Assembly: GCA_964430885.1 (NCBI GenBank)
Contig: CAYSHM010000004.1
Span: 134,036-198,035 of the forward strand
Length of the DNA: 64,000 bases
Direction of reading: 5' to 3'
DNA from: an uncultured archaeon
GTDB taxonomy: Archaea > Thermoplasmatota > Penumbrarchaeia > JASLWR01
Position 1 is the stretch's first letter. Each line of letters starts with the position of its first letter. Under the pieces are notes generated by a model. The model saw only the letters and a program-made list of their open reading frames with translations. It was not told where the DNA came from and did not search any database. Both the position numbers and the translations under genes were made by a program. Below, one piece after another: positions 46,995-56,913 of the stretch.

Positions 46995-47696
46995 CTATTG
47001 GTCCTCCCAATCATTCAGCTTGCTGTATCTTTTACTTATAACAAATTTGCCTATTGCAGTGCGGGGATTGATGCTGGACGGCAATATTCCCCTTATATGT
47101 ACAGGCAGAATTTCGTTGAATTTAATTTCAAGTATTATCCCGTAATCACCGAATCCCATGGATATCAAATTTTTGTCGAACAGGGAAACGGAGTTCAGAC
47201 CGGTATGCAGTCCTATATCAAAGGTTATCCGAACATTGCTTATAGGGTACACATATGCCTCCCTGTAATACTCAACTATGACATCTGGTTTCAGTATGTT
47301 CAATTTGCTGTCGCTGTAGAATCTTCTAAGGAGAGGTTCCTTCGAGTTCCGCAGATGGGCTATATCCCCCTCGATCATCCTCTCAGCGTCATCCCTGGCT
47401 ACCTGCGCAATGTCTTTCTTGACATAGTTATCTATCTTTGATTTACATTCGAACTTTATTATGGTGTCCTTTAGATCGTATATCCTCAGGCGGTACTTCT
47501 TCCGTTTTCTGACCCCTGCCAATTTTTCAAAGAGCGCAGTTTTTCTGACATCGTCAAAGTACAGGCTCCTTATGTGATACTGGCCGTCCTCACCAGCATA
47601 TGGGTCCTGCTTCATTACAGTCCTCAGCTTTGTCCTCAAGAGCCGATATTCCATTTTATTTATATGGTATTTGTATTCATGCCTCAGTCCTTTCAC
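46995..47696 (-). CDS. VTC domain (CYTH/TTM superfamily) polyphosphate-polymerase-domain protein
   Basis: RHEYKY, Y.IRSLYFD, RKKYRLRIY, ECKSK, YYREAY, RITFD, ILEIKF. Confidence 0.93.
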   Translation of the reverse strand: MKGLRHEYKYHINKMEYRLLRTKLRTVMKQDPYAGEDGQYHIRSLYFDDVRKTALFEKLAGVRKRKKYRLRIYDLKDTIIKFECKSKIDNYVKKDIAQVARDDAERMIEGDIAHLRNSKEPLLRRFYSDSKLNILKPDVIVEYYREAYVYPISNVRITFDIGLHTGLNSVSLFDKNLISMGFGDYGIILEIKFNEILPVHIRGILPSSINPRTAIGKFVISKRYSKLNDWEDQ

Positions 47697-48457
47697 TTTT
47701 CCGCCCCTCCTCTATTCTTTCTATCCTTTAATCGGCCGATGAATATTACAAGTGCAATCAAAATTACTATCAGGAGTACCAATAACCATCCTTCCTTTGC
47801 GGAACCCTCTTCATCAGGTGTGATCTCGTCATTGGACCATCCAGGAGTGGGTGTTGTCAGGTATTCCCAGTTGGGATTGCCGTCGGGGTATCTGCCGTAT
47901 GAAACATCCCTGTTCTGCTTCCCGAAAATTATTGAATCGATAATGGTAGTGCCGTCCCTGTCCACCAAACCCAGTTCTTCACCGTTAGCCCTGAGCTTGA
48001 AGTCAAGGTGGAGTATTCCCAGTTCAGGCAGGTTGTCTGCCCATAGTATGATATGTCCGTCAGCCGGGATGGTCACATTGTCAGGGAACATCCATTTCGT
48101 GGGGTTACCAAGATTGTCGGTGAAATACATGCCGTCGAGAACCACCTCTTCATCTCCTCTGTTGTAAAGTTCCACCCAATCAGGATAATCTCCCTGGGAA
48201 TCGGTATAGGAACCGTCGTTGTCAGCCATGAACTCGTTGATGAAGAGTATTCCCTTTAATGGATTGGATACGTTGCTGCTTCCATTGCCTTGCCTTGTAA
48301 AGATTATCTTGGAATTATATTGCTCTGGGAGGGGGTTGATTTTCGACACTTCGGAAACATTATTGGATATTATGGTCGAGACTGAAAACAGCATAATAGC
48401 TAGAATAAATACGTCGACCCTTACACCAGAATGTCTTGGTTCGCCTCTCATGTTCAT
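47693..48457 (-). CDS. single lamin-tail-domain protein with N- and C-terminal hydrophobic segments
   Basis: FINEFMADN...DWVELYN...TDN...KW.FP...FKL.A.GE...DVSYGRYPDG...PTPG; ATGA overlap with the upstream stop, GTGA overlap with the VTC gene. Confidence 0.88.
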   Translation of the reverse strand: MNMRGEPRHSGVRVDVFILAIMLFSVSTIISNNVSEVSKINPLPEQYNSKIIFTRQGNGSSNVSNPLKGILFINEFMADNDGSYTDSQGDYPDWVELYNRGDEEVVLDGMYFTDNLGNPTKWMFPDNVTIPADGHIILWADNLPELGILHLDFKLRANGEELGLVDRDGTTIIDSIIFGKQNRDVSYGRYPDGNPNWEYLTTPTPGWSNDEITPDEEGSAKEGWLLVLLIVILIALVIFIGRLKDRKNRGGAEK

Positions 48458-51400
48458 CCCATCCAATTTATATCATCATCGTCAGATGGAGTATAGGGTC
48501 CCCGGTCATCATCACTCCTCCAGTTTCCCCAGTAGTCCCAATCTTCACTGATTTCTTCTTCTACTTTTTCTTCTTTCTTCCTAGATCTTCCGAGCCTGCC
48601 ATAGCGCCCTCGGCGCCCCCTCTTTCTGTCCTTCTTACCTTTCCCTTTCTCTCTTCTGGATCTCTCTTCCACGATCTCGACATCCAAAATTTGGGTTTGG
48701 CGATTCTCCTTTTTTTTAGATGATTCCGGTCCAATAAAGATTATTTCAGCTTCCCCTTTCTCTTGATCCTCAGTTTTTTCTTCACCCGTTTCATCTATCT
48801 CACGGGCTTCTTCTACATCTTCACCCTCAGTTTCCTCCGCACCTTTGTCTCTACCCATTTTGAGAACGCCAGCATAGATCAGGGCCAGAATGATCAGTAT
48901 AAGTACAATGTATATTGCCCAGGTGACAAGTCCTCCCCCTTTATCCTTATCATTTCCTCCACTCTCATCGGGAGGCCCACCATTGTTATCTCCGGAATGC
49001 CCGTTATTAGGATCGCCTGTCCCATTTGGAAGTTCTCCTTCAGTAGCGTTTCGAAGAATATTGGGATCTCCGGGGCTTGGATCAAGATAATGCCAAGAAT
49101 CAGTTCCGTCCGTGAATCGTCCGTATGAAACATCCTCGGTCTGAGGGCTGAAAGCCACTGAATCCAGTAAACTCGCTCCGTCTCGTGTAAAGAGAGCTAT
49201 CTCCTCACCAGAAGCGTTGAGTTTGAAACCGGCATGCAACCCCCCCAGTCGGCTCATGTTATCGGCCCATATTACCAGAAAACCATGAGGGGGTATTTCA
49301 GTTCCAGGGGGGATCATCCATTTCAAGGGTCTGTTCAAATTGTCAGTGAGGAACATACCTCCAAGGTCGACCGTAAAATTGGCCCTGTTGTATAGCTCGA
49401 TCCAGTCCGGAAAAATGCCCGTATTATTACCGTATTCCAGGGTTGCACCGTTATCAGCCATGAACTCATTGATCACTATGTTATCAGGCATTATTGAGAT
49501 TTCATCTTTGATATTGGGTTCTCCGGGGCTTGGATTGTCCATGATCATTATCCAATCCGGACCTCCGTCAGGGTATCTCCCCATTGAAGCATTGCGGTTC
49601 TGTACCCCGAATACTCTGGAATCGATAAGGGTGTATCCGTCTGAGTGGAAGAGGCCTATCTCCTCGCCGTTGCCGTCAAGTTTGAAAGAGGCGTGCAAGT
49701 CTCCGAGGTCGGCTCTTCCCGAAGCCAGGACCACCAGGAAACCGCCGGCCTTGATTGATGAGTTCGGAGGGAATACCCATTTGTCAGGGTTTGCCAGATT
49801 GTCCGTAAGATATAGGCCCTGCATATTGATGGTGCTGCTGCCCGGATTGAAAAGTTCTATCCAATCGAAACCCAGGTACTCGCTGTTCCTTGATAGATCG
49901 GTCAGCTCTGGAGGATTAGGCCTGGCCATGAACTCGTTGATCAAAATGACCGGCGGTTCAGCCGGTGGGTCGTCCAGTCTGTTAAAGGAACCCGGTGAGG
50001 GATGGTCCGCCATGAACTCCCAGTTGTCCACTCCATCGGGGAATCTCCCCATGGATACATTCCCGCTCTGATCCCCGAAATCCACCGAATCAATGAGAGT
50101 GAATCCGTCACTTGCGAATAGGTTAATGTTCTCCCCCTGGGCCCGAAGACCGAAACTGGTCCAATGACAATCATCACCAATCCATTCGTTTTCTCCGCAC
50201 CACAGGACCAGATACCCCTTGGAAGATACAGTGGTATTTTGCGGAAATATATATTTATCCGGACTCAGGGGGTCGTCGCTGAGAAAGCAGCCGTGGAGAT
50301 CCAGACTCTCGTTTCCCGTATTGTATAGCTCGATCCAATCAGGATATGTTCCATTGGGGCCTTGGATTATTCCACGGTTGGAGGCCATGAACTCGTTGAT
50401 CACTATTCCCTGGGGTAAGTTCACAATTTCTTCATCGTTATCCATGTTGGGTAAACCCGGTGAGGGATTGTCTTCCATGTATATCCAAGTCCCATTACCA
50501 TCAGGATATCTTCCGTAGGACACATCCGGAGGTATGTCCCCGAAGCTCACGGAATCGATCACCGTCTCACCGTCAGGTTCCACAAGGGAAACCTGCTCCC
50601 CGCTTGCATTCAGCCTGAAACCCGTATGCAGGGGACCAAGCCGCCTATCTCCGCTTGCCCATACCAGCAGATGTCCCTTGGGAGCTATGAACGAGCCCAT
50701 GGGGAACTGCCATTCCAGAGCGGTGCTGAGATTGTCGCAAAGGCATAATCCGCTTATATCCACGGTCCTGTTCTCAAGGTTGTATATTTCGATCCAGTCA
50801 CTGAAGTTCCCCGGTCCGTTCATATAGCTAATGGTATTCTCGTTATCCGCCATTAGTTCGTTGATCACTACTTTGGGTATTTTTCTCACAGTTGTGATGT
50901 CTGCTTTGTTCAGTGCGCTCCATTCGCCCTGGTACAGTGCTCTTGTCTTGACAGTTGCCGAGCGTTCGAGAGTTATTGGTGACGAATAGACCAAGGCTGT
51001 GGACGAGGGTGTTCCGAGAACGTTTTTCTCAGAACTTAGCTGAAGATCGAAACTGATATCACTGCTTGTATCTGAATCCTGATGCACCTCAACGGCAATG
51101 ATGTTGTCTCCCTCCATAAGGATACCTTCAGCATCCACCAGATACTCGAACCACATGTCCTCATCCGGTGTGTAGTCCGAAGCTTCAGTCATATAGTCTA
51201 TCTCAATCCCTTCTGGCATGTTGCTTCTGACCAGTTCAACACCGTTCAGATATACCACCGCTCCATCGTCTCTAAGAAGTTTTATGATCAGCTTCGAATG
51301 TTCATCAGCGTCGTCAATATGGAATGTTTTCCGAAAATATGTAGTGATATAACATGGATCTCCAGGAAGTGTTCTGCCGTCATCAACCTCTGTGGCCTCA

Positions 51401-54012
51401 TCACCGTCGCCATAGCCTAACTCAGCTGGTCCTGAGGGCCAATTGATGTCTCCGGTCCTCCATTCAGTCCCCTGGTCCGAACCGTTATCCAGGTAGTTCC
51501 AGACCTCCCCTGATTGTATCAGATCACTGTACAAGGAGACACCGGGGATACACGGATCGTTTCCGTCCAGTGTATAGTAGATAGTACCGTTAGGGCATGC
51601 CATTTCCAGCTTTTCGTCTCCAATAAGCTCTCCATTCCGCAAATCCGTTCCGTTGATCATGAATTCAGGGGGTTCTATTTTGGGGTATAATGAAGCGTCT
51701 TTGAGGAACCCAAGAACCACGTCGGTCCTGTTTGGAAATAATTCCTGATAAAGTGCATCTCTTACTGCAAGCCAATGGTCCCTGTCATAGGATGGTTTTC
51801 CCGAAACATCACCCCACCTGGCGGATTCGGCTGGAATTGCCAGATCCACCCTTTCCGCCAGTTTCCTGTAGAGCGCCATTGCGTTCTCGGGGGTTAAACT
51901 TCCGTTATTGAAGAAGTGATGGTAGACCCGGTCCCCGAACTCCTGCCTGAATTCCCAATTCTTCCTGAGAGCCTGGTATATCCAGCTGGGGCAGTCGTAA
52001 TTGTTCTCACCTGTAAGGTCTTGTCCCCAGGTGTCCAGAAGGGACATCTCGCCGTCCCATACAAAGAATCTCCAGGCTTCGCTGTTGTCACGCTTTCTAG
52101 TGGCGTGCCAGTTGTGGTGGTCCCAGTCCATTGAACCGGCATAAAGGTTCAGGAGTATGTAATCGATGAGATTTGTGGTGTTTATGAGTTTATCGAAATC
52201 AGGGTTAGGTGTTCCGTCCGGATTCTCACCTTGGATCTTCCTGTAGCTTTCATTTGTCCACATATCCTCCTCTCCCGCCATCTCTATTACCTTGTCCCAT
52301 GCGCTTCTGTTCCCGTTCTTCATCTCACCCTCGTGGATCACATCCCAGTCTTGGTTCTCACCGCCGAAGTAGCTTGTAAGATAGGATTCATCAGGCCTCT
52401 CGATGGGATTGTAAAGACCCCAGTAGAGTCCATTGACATATAGATGTACAAATGTCCCCCTGGAGTTCATGGATCCCATGGCTATCTGGGCGGCCCTGGT
52501 CCATTCATCCCTTATCAACTGGGCCAGATCCCTAGTGGTATCGGTATACAGATTGTGCCATGCGTCCTCGAAATTGGATCTGAGAATAATCGAGTTGAAC
52601 TCCTGAATACCCTCCTCGCCGAACAATGGATAGTTCAAACTGCCTGGGCCATAGCTGCTCCTGAATATCAGCCTGAAGGAGTGTTTCTTGAATCTCGGCG
52701 CCCGTCCCAAGCCGCCGTAGAGCCTTACACCGCAGTGGTGGGTGAATCCCGGTTCTCCTTCAGGATCGATAAATTCTACTGAACAGTTCCTCTCATATCC
52801 TCTACCGTCGCCCCACGTGTAGAAGTAGATGCCTGCGTCGTCAGGGTCCCAGCCATGGCGGAAGAGATCGTCCTTATCCAGCACCAGGGATATTGAGGGG
52901 ATGGATCTAAGACTGTCCTTCATGTCGAAAGGATTTCCGCCGCTGTCATTGAGGGGCATACTATTGACGATATCCGGGTCCATCTCATAGTCGCTAGGAA
53001 CATATCCCGGGGGAGTGGCGTTGCTGTCCTTTCCCCAGGTTGCAGGAAAGCCGTCCGGGAGTATGGGCTGCTCCAGCACATCATTGAAGAAAATATATGA
53101 ATTGGTCACGATATCCGAGGGAAGCCATCCCGTCTGGACGGCTATTGCCCTTACGCATGTGGTATTCTCGATAAATAGCGGAGCGGAATAGATCTCCCCG
53201 GATGTCTCATCAGGCCAGCTCCCGTCCCTTGAATATTTTATGACCGCATCCTGGTTCGGGGAATCAAGGGCGAGCTCGAAGGGGCTGTCGAAAAAGCCGT
53301 GTTCGGTATTGAAATTAACATCAGGTACTATGCCCAGGTGACCCGGGGTATTGGCTGATCCAGGTGTGGGTTCTGAAAAGTACTGTTCTTCTCCACTGAA
53401 TATTCCGTAGGATACATTGCTCCTCTGCCTTGGGAAGTAAGGGTGGTAATGGAAGTATGGAAATAGACCATTTGGCTCAACAAGGGCCAAATATTCACCT
53501 TCACCGGAGAGTCTGAAATTGGTATGCAGCTCATCGCCGCTTATCCTTCTGTCCTTCCCTGATGCGAAGACAAGTATATGTTCTTGAGGATCTATAGGGG
53601 TATCTGGGAACCGCCATTTGGTGAGTTCATCAGGGTCATCAGTGAGATACCATCCCTGAAGATTGACCTGGGAAGCGTTATTGTTTGCCAGTTCCACCCA
53701 ATCCGACAGATCACCGTCGTCGTCCATCAATATCCCGTCGTTCACCGCAAGGAGTTCACTGATTATGATATTATCAGGAAGGTCCCTAGTGTCAGGGTGA
53801 GCAGGATTGGCGTTGTGAGATGGTGCTTTAGGGCTCATTGATACTTTCGGTCCTGCTTCAGCAGATTGTTCCTCTGGGGAAAAGGATAAGCAATCCCTGG
53901 AGCTGTGGATTTCCAATGGTGAAAATAATGTTGGCAGAAGAAAAGAAATTAAAACAGCAGCAGTGAGCAGACCCCTCTTAGAATATCTGTTTTTTTTATC
54001 CATTGATCGCAC
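48454..54012 (-). CDS. giant CotH-family kinase: signal peptide, LTD, Fn3/chitobiase-C-like domain, CotH, jelly-roll insertion, four LTDs, TM, charged tail
   Basis: CotH motifs KHSFRLIF, FVHLYVNGLYWGLYNPIERPD, DWDHHNW, WDGEMS; five I(N/S)E...DW.EL LTD units; IKYSRDGS and IYYTLDG motifs. Confidence 0.92.
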   Translation of the reverse strand: MRSMDKKNRYSKRGLLTAAVLISFLLPTLFSPLEIHSSRDCLSFSPEEQSAEAGPKVSMSPKAPSHNANPAHPDTRDLPDNIIISELLAVNDGILMDDDGDLSDWVELANNNASQVNLQGWYLTDDPDELTKWRFPDTPIDPQEHILVFASGKDRRISGDELHTNFRLSGEGEYLALVEPNGLFPYFHYHPYFPRQRSNVSYGIFSGEEQYFSEPTPGSANTPGHLGIVPDVNFNTEHGFFDSPFELALDSPNQDAVIKYSRDGSWPDETSGEIYSAPLFIENTTCVRAIAVQTGWLPSDIVTNSYIFFNDVLEQPILPDGFPATWGKDSNATPPGYVPSDYEMDPDIVNSMPLNDSGGNPFDMKDSLRSIPSISLVLDKDDLFRHGWDPDDAGIYFYTWGDGRGYERNCSVEFIDPEGEPGFTHHCGVRLYGGLGRAPRFKKHSFRLIFRSSYGPGSLNYPLFGEEGIQEFNSIILRSNFEDAWHNLYTDTTRDLAQLIRDEWTRAAQIAMGSMNSRGTFVHLYVNGLYWGLYNPIERPDESYLTSYFGGENQDWDVIHEGEMKNGNRSAWDKVIEMAGEEDMWTNESYRKIQGENPDGTPNPDFDKLINTTNLIDYILLNLYAGSMDWDHHNWHATRKRDNSEAWRFFVWDGEMSLLDTWGQDLTGENNYDCPSWIYQALRKNWEFRQEFGDRVYHHFFNNGSLTPENAMALYRKLAERVDLAIPAESARWGDVSGKPSYDRDHWLAVRDALYQELFPNRTDVVLGFLKDASLYPKIEPPEFMINGTDLRNGELIGDEKLEMACPNGTIYYTLDGNDPCIPGVSLYSDLIQSGEVWNYLDNGSDQGTEWRTGDINWPSGPAELGYGDGDEATEVDDGRTLPGDPCYITTYFRKTFHIDDADEHSKLIIKLLRDDGAVVYLNGVELVRSNMPEGIEIDYMTEASDYTPDEDMWFEYLVDAEGILMEGDNIIAVEVHQDSDTSSDISFDLQLSSEKNVLGTPSSTALVYSSPITLERSATVKTRALYQGEWSALNKADITTVRKIPKVVINELMADNENTISYMNGPGNFSDWIEIYNLENRTVDISGLCLCDNLSTALEWQFPMGSFIAPKGHLLVWASGDRRLGPLHTGFRLNASGEQVSLVEPDGETVIDSVSFGDIPPDVSYGRYPDGNGTWIYMEDNPSPGLPNMDNDEEIVNLPQGIVINEFMASNRGIIQGPNGTYPDWIELYNTGNESLDLHGCFLSDDPLSPDKYIFPQNTTVSSKGYLVLWCGENEWIGDDCHWTSFGLRAQGENINLFASDGFTLIDSVDFGDQSGNVSMGRFPDGVDNWEFMADHPSPGSFNRLDDPPAEPPVILINEFMARPNPPELTDLSRNSEYLGFDWIELFNPGSSTINMQGLYLTDNLANPDKWVFPPNSSIKAGGFLVVLASGRADLGDLHASFKLDGNGEEIGLFHSDGYTLIDSRVFGVQNRNASMGRYPDGGPDWIMIMDNPSPGEPNIKDEISIMPDNIVINEFMADNGATLEYGNNTGIFPDWIELYNRANFTVDLGGMFLTDNLNRPLKWMIPPGTEIPPHGFLVIWADNMSRLGGLHAGFKLNASGEEIALFTRDGASLLDSVAFSPQTEDVSYGRFTDGTDSWHYLDPSPGDPNILRNATEGELPNGTGDPNNGHSGDNNGGPPDESGGNDKDKGGGLVTWAIYIVLILIILALIYAGVLKMGRDKGAEETEGEDVEEAREIDETGEEKTEDQEKGEAEIIFIGPESSKKKENRQTQILDVEIVEERSRREKGKGKKDRKRGRRGRYGRLGRSRKKEEKVEEEISEDWDYWGNWRSDDDRGPYTPSDDDDINWMG

Positions 54013-54207
54013 CTGATTGGTGTGTACCGACAGGCCAATTCTATGGATTATATTCCATTATAAAATTTTTGCATAGTATGTTCAGCAGAAAAACACTCAA
54101 ACCTGTTCTAGAAAGCTCATGCCTCACTAAAATAATTATATGTCCCGTATGTCTCCTGCTTTGCTTACTCTGACAATGAACAAAACAAATATAATCGAGA
54201 TACGTGC

Positions 54208-56769
54208 TTGACCTTGTTAATGGAATTGGGTAAATTAGTTCTGTTCCTGAAAAGGAAATGGTTCCTGCCTGCACTTTCAGTTTTGATAATAACCGCACTT
54301 TGCTTTACTCAACTCACAGACCTGGATTTCAGTGTTGATTTTCAGGATTTTCTTCCCGACAGCGATACGGTTAGGGCAAAGGAGGATCTAGATGAGCTTT
54401 TCTCCGGAGATTCCTCCGTGCATTTGATCCTTCTCACGGAGAACAATGCTGACGACGATGTCCTAGCCCCGGCTTCCGTTAGGGCCGGTTATTTGCTGTC
54501 AAGGGAGCTTCAGGGTGTCTCAGGCGTGGACTCGGTCAATTCTATATATTTGGGATATGATCGTATTTTTGACATGCTCACCGGTATAGGACTCATGGAT
54601 GCTTCCGATTCGGCAATTGTCAATCTGACCTCGGTATTTCACCGAGTGGTCAGGGATGATAACGGTTCGGTCTTCCTGAATTTCGCTCTCTCAGATTACA
54701 ACTATTCGGCACCCCAGGTAAACAGCACAGCAGAGGATATCAGGGATTATTCAGATGTGTTTCTATCCGGAGACTTCAAGGATCGCGGAGATGCCGGCCG
54801 AACCCTTGCCGTTCTATTCCTGGAATCGGATCTGGCCCCGGAAGAGAGGAAGGCTGTGGTCAAAGATGTTATGGATACCTGTGCGGGGTTCGCCAATAAT
54901 TACGGTTCAGGGAATTTTCCATTAAAGGCTGAACATACCGGAGAGGACCTTTTTCTACTTGAGATGGACGAGGAGATAGACTCCAACAAGATAGTTCTGG
55001 GACTCTTTGCACTTGCCTTTACCTCCCTGGTCCTTTTCCTTTCCTTCAGAAGGTTCACAAGGGTGATATTTCCCCTCCTGACACTGGGATGTGCCTTGGC
55101 ATGGACCTTCGGTCTTCCCGGATTCTTCGGAATGGAAACCTCGCCTCTAGACCTGGCAGTTGTACCGCTGGTTGCCGGATTGGGCATCGACTATATGTTT
55201 CATCTTCTCAAACGCTATGATGAGGAGATTTGCGACCTTGCAGGCGGTTCAACAACCCCATTCGATGAGGGAGAATCATCCTCTCTAGATATATATGAAA
55301 GAGCCTTGTCCCTCTCCGTTGGGAAGGTCAAAAGACCTGTGATCCTTGCATCCTTTACCACTGTGGTGGCCTTTCTTACTGCCCTGTTCAGTCCTGTGGA
55401 GGCCGTGGCCAATTTCGGGATAAAATGTACCATTGGCATAGTGATCACCCTTTTACTGAGCTTCTTCTTCCTTTTACCCCTGTGCATTTTCATAGAACAT
55501 CGCCTGGTTAGCAAGGATAAATGTCCGAATCCCAAGGATAACCGGACCCCCTACTTCATAGGCCACACCATGAACAACATTTCAAGGGGCGTGACGGTTT
55601 ATCCTGTATTTGTTGTTATAGGGATACTGCTTGTGAGTACATTCTCCCTGATATATGCTGTTGATGTTGAGAAGAGTTTCGAGACCGATGATATAATATC
55701 GAATGATCTGGACGCCCGGGCAACCGAACACACCCTGAACAAGTATATAGGGGCCTCTTCCCAGTCAAGGGTATACTATTACTACCGAGGCGATGGAGAA
55801 CCGGGGGTAGAACTTGTCAATGATATGGCCGAGAAACTGCTGTATGTAGAAGAAGCCCCCCATGTGGTTATGCTGGGAGACCTACCTCATACGAATTCAC
55901 TTCTGGATATTTTCAGCAGGGCTATAAGCCATTCACCGGAACTTGCAGAGAAATATTCATTCTCCGGGAAGGATCACCTTCCATTGACCAACTGCACGGA
56001 TAAGCAGGTGGAGGATTTTGTAAAATACCTTGAGAACAATTCAACATCCTATGGACTTCTGGAAGATTCTACTTTCTCGGATATGATCGGTAATGTATTT
56101 CAGCGCCATGGGAAGGGTTATTCGGCACTTATAGAGATTTTCGTCTATGTGGATACCTATGGGGAATCCAGTTCTCTGGTGTACAGTCTGAAAAGCGCTC
56201 TGGAGAATGAGGACAGTTCCGGGGAGATAGATATAACCTTGACCGGTTTGGCTGTAATGACAGTGGAAACAGTGGACGGTATGCAGGATACCATGCTCTA
56301 CGGCACTCTCGCAGCATTCCTGGTCGGTCTTATTGTTCTTGTGGCAGTCTACAGAAAGGTCAGTTCTCCTTTCCTGGCCATGCTTCCTGTGGTGGTGTCG
56401 ACATTATGGATATTGGGATTCATGTCAATGTTCTCCATATCGCTTAACATATTGACCATAACCATAACTTCCCTGGTAATAGGAATTGGTTTGGATTATT
56501 CTATCCACATAGTGGAACGATACGAGCAGGAAAGGAAGAAGCATGATCCTGAAAAGTCCCTCAAACGAACATTGAAATACACAGGATCCTCAATTTTTCT
56601 GTCCGCTTTTACTACAATTTGCGGATTCCTTATACTGCTGTCTTCCTCACTTCCAGTTATGAGGACCTACGGATTGATCAGCGGGATTGCCGTCCTGTTC
56701 TCATTCATCCTGTCCTGTGTTGTGGTGCCCATAATTCTACTCAAAACCCTCCGGAAGAAAACAGTCTGA
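54208..56769 (+). CDS. MMPL/RND family transporter
   Basis: Two repeats of TM, large loop and 5 TMs; GLGIDY and GIGLDYSIH...RY motifs. Probable start ATG 54220. Confidence 0.93.
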   Translation: MTLLMELGKLVLFLKRKWFLPALSVLIITALCFTQLTDLDFSVDFQDFLPDSDTVRAKEDLDELFSGDSSVHLILLTENNADDDVLAPASVRAGYLLSRELQGVSGVDSVNSIYLGYDRIFDMLTGIGLMDASDSAIVNLTSVFHRVVRDDNGSVFLNFALSDYNYSAPQVNSTAEDIRDYSDVFLSGDFKDRGDAGRTLAVLFLESDLAPEERKAVVKDVMDTCAGFANNYGSGNFPLKAEHTGEDLFLLEMDEEIDSNKIVLGLFALAFTSLVLFLSFRRFTRVIFPLLTLGCALAWTFGLPGFFGMETSPLDLAVVPLVAGLGIDYMFHLLKRYDEEICDLAGGSTTPFDEGESSSLDIYERALSLSVGKVKRPVILASFTTVVAFLTALFSPVEAVANFGIKCTIGIVITLLLSFFFLLPLCIFIEHRLVSKDKCPNPKDNRTPYFIGHTMNNISRGVTVYPVFVVIGILLVSTFSLIYAVDVEKSFETDDIISNDLDARATEHTLNKYIGASSQSRVYYYYRGDGEPGVELVNDMAEKLLYVEEAPHVVMLGDLPHTNSLLDIFSRAISHSPELAEKYSFSGKDHLPLTNCTDKQVEDFVKYLENNSTSYGLLEDSTFSDMIGNVFQRHGKGYSALIEIFVYVDTYGESSSLVYSLKSALENEDSSGEIDITLTGLAVMTVETVDGMQDTMLYGTLAAFLVGLIVLVAVYRKVSSPFLAMLPVVVSTLWILGFMSMFSISLNILTITITSLVIGIGLDYSIHIVERYEQERKKHDPEKSLKRTLKYTGSSIFLSAFTTICGFLILLSSSLPVMRTYGLISGIAVLFSFILSCVVVPIILLKTLRKKTV

Positions 56770-56913
56770 AATTTACTATTTCACTTTAAGAACCGAGCAG
56801 TAAACATTAAATCGATATAATTACTATCTGAGCATTGATCTGAGATGACCGTAATTGTGATCTGGGATGGCAAATGAATCATTGATTAATATTAGCCTGT
56901 AGAGGTGTATTGA

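Noticed and set aside
46985-47010. VTC and DUF4956 are in the same frame separated by one TAG (as are vWA and the archaeosortase at 18848/18849), suggesting amber readthrough or pyrrolysine fusion
   Set aside because: Each downstream gene has its own SD and start (GGAGG...ATG; AGGTGGAG...ATG), PEF-CTERM must be terminal, core genes here (tbp, hisS) end in TAG, and no pyl genes are visible. Translational coupling explains it.
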